A stretch of DNA of 64,000 nucleotides from a virus (Duplodnaviria > Caudoviricetes): IMG/VR virus record IMGVR_UViG_3300048549_001527; one strand, written 5' to 3'. Every line of letters begins with the position of its first letter. Position 1 is the stretch's first letter. The notes beneath the pieces were generated by a model. It saw only the letters and a list, made by a program, of their open reading frames with translations. It was not told the DNA's origin and did not search any database. Of the stretch, positions 62,967 to 64,000 are shown piece after piece. Made by a program: the position numbers and the translations under genes.

Positions 62967-63395
62967 ATGAAAAATTTAATTACCGCTAGTATTATGGCGC
63001 TTTTTGCAACAACGGCATATGCTGAAGATATGACTGTTGAAATGTTGAACAAACGTGATGATGGCGCTAAGATGGTATATAGTGAAGATATCGCACGTAT
63101 TGACGTAGGTGATACAATCACATGGGTACCAACATCAAAAGGTCACAATGTAGAATTTATTGCGGGCCCAGACGGATGGAAAGCACCAAAGAAATCAAAA
63201 CTTAACAAAGAAGTGGCGATTACATTTGATACACCAGGCGTATATCTATATCAGTGTTCGCCACACAAAACAATGGGCATGATTGCCATTGTGGTTGTAG
63301 GTAAGCCAGAAGGTGAAGCTAAAGATCGTTTGAAAGATGTCAAAGTAAAAGGCAAGTCAAAGAAGAAGTTCAAAGAGTTACTGGCTGATCTATAA
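62967..63395 (+). CDS. paz: Pseudoazurin (type 1 blue copper protein)
   Basis: Signal peptide; VEMLNK, GDTITWVPTSKGHNVE, YQCSPHKTMGM with all four Cu ligands (His, Cys, His, Met). Confidence 0.9.
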   Translation: MKNLITASIMALFATTAYAEDMTVEMLNKRDDGAKMVYSEDIARIDVGDTITWVPTSKGHNVEFIAGPDGWKAPKKSKLNKEVAITFDTPGVYLYQCSPHKTMGMIAIVVVGKPEGEAKDRLKDVKVKGKSKKKFKELLADL

Positions 63396-63685
63396 TGTGT
63401 CCAGCATGTTACATTAACGGACTTCTGTTGCTTATATTTGGAGCAACAGGGGCGCAATTAGCCAGCAACCCTTGGATTATTGCACTCAGTACAGTGCTTA
63501 CTATTGGCGGCTTTTGGTGGATGTGGCGAGCATACAAACGCAGCAAAGGCAAAGGCGGACTAAAAAAGAATCTTAAGATTACGGCTTTGGTTTTATTTGC
63601 ATTTGCGGCAGGCTATGTTACGGCAGCATATCAAACACATGAGTATTGGCAAGAAGCATATGGTGCTGAGGATCATTTAGAATGA
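63395..63685 (+). CDS. Three-TM membrane protein with N-terminal CPAC
   Basis: MCPACY, three hydrophobic helices; TAATG coupling to pseudoazurin. Confidence 0.7.
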   Translation: MCPACYINGLLLLIFGATGAQLASNPWIIALSTVLTIGGFWWMWRAYKRSKGKGGLKKNLKITALVLFAFAAGYVTAAYQTHEYWQEAYGAEDHLE

Positions 63686-63695
63686 GCAAGCCGAA

Positions 63696-64000
63696 ATGAA
63701 AAGTTTAGTTGATAAAATACCAGAGTTTTGTATGAGCCATTGGTTACTTCGTATTCCATTGGCCATCGTATTCCTTCAACAGGGCCTTGATAAATGGCCC
63801 GTTGATGCTGGAACAGCAGAGTCCTTTGCACTACCACTAATTGTTTGGGTCTTTGTTGTTTATGGTGAAATTGGTTCAGGAGTCGGATTACTCGTTGGCG
63901 GAGTACTTGCCAATTGGTTTAAAGAATTGGGCGATCTAACTACGCGGTTTAGTGGTATTACAATCTGTAGTATTATGACAGGCGTTATTTGGATCGGCGA
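63696..64000 (+). CDS. DoxX-family membrane protein, partial (runs off window)
   Basis: Read manually: WLLRIPLAIVFLQQGLDKW...LIVWVFVVYGEIGSGVGLLVG...TRFSG. Confidence 0.75.
   Translation, partial: MKSLVDKIPEFCMSHWLLRIPLAIVFLQQGLDKWPVDAGTAESFALPLIVWVFVVYGEIGSGVGLLVGGVLANWFKELGDLTTRFSGITICSIMTGVIWIG

Noticed and set aside
1229-63457. Many 60-155 aa ORFs overlapping confident genes on the opposite strand or another frame (for example 5583-5846, 6716-7108, 52360-52761, 60887-61231)
   Set aside because: No RBS or motif support; they lie within well-supported genes; expected by chance
1-64000. CRISPR array, IS elements, group I introns or inteins, genetic-code reassignment
   Set aside because: No regularly spaced repeats or transposase; topoisomerase, UvsW, gp42 and gp44 have normal lengths; genes are intact under code 11 and use all three stop codons

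Overview
64 kb fragment of a large, AT-rich T4-like (Tevenvirinae-related) myophage. The host is probably a marine alphaproteobacterium, inferred from pseudoazurin, aa3-type cytochrome oxidase subunit IV, GANTC-bearing promoters and a ROSE-like element. All calls come from visual motif recognition; no database search was run. Core genes: gp46 (partial), gp47, gp55, uvsW, uvsY, gp3, topoisomerase II (fused gp39+60 and gp52), gp42-like dCMP hydroxymethylase, dCMP deaminase, dexA, gp45, gp44, gp62, regA, dUTPase, Hsp20, and three tRNAs. Accessory content: (1) a family of sigma70 early promoters carrying a positionally conserved GANTC site that matches the CcrM/GcrA motif YGAKTCK; (2) a cytosine hypermodification cluster whose glycosyltransferase and C5-MTase-like enzyme both end in a sliding-clamp-binding-like tail; (3) a late region with duplicated fibre-like genes, five radical SAM enzymes, glycosyltransferases, five HxD..H hydroxylases, a desaturase and a QueC-like ATPase; (4) a late operon of secreted proteins, including a pilin-like subunit, plus a lipase; (5) two candidate structured ncRNAs flanking tRNA-Pro; (6) a pseudoazurin / COX-IV / DoxX cassette at the right end.
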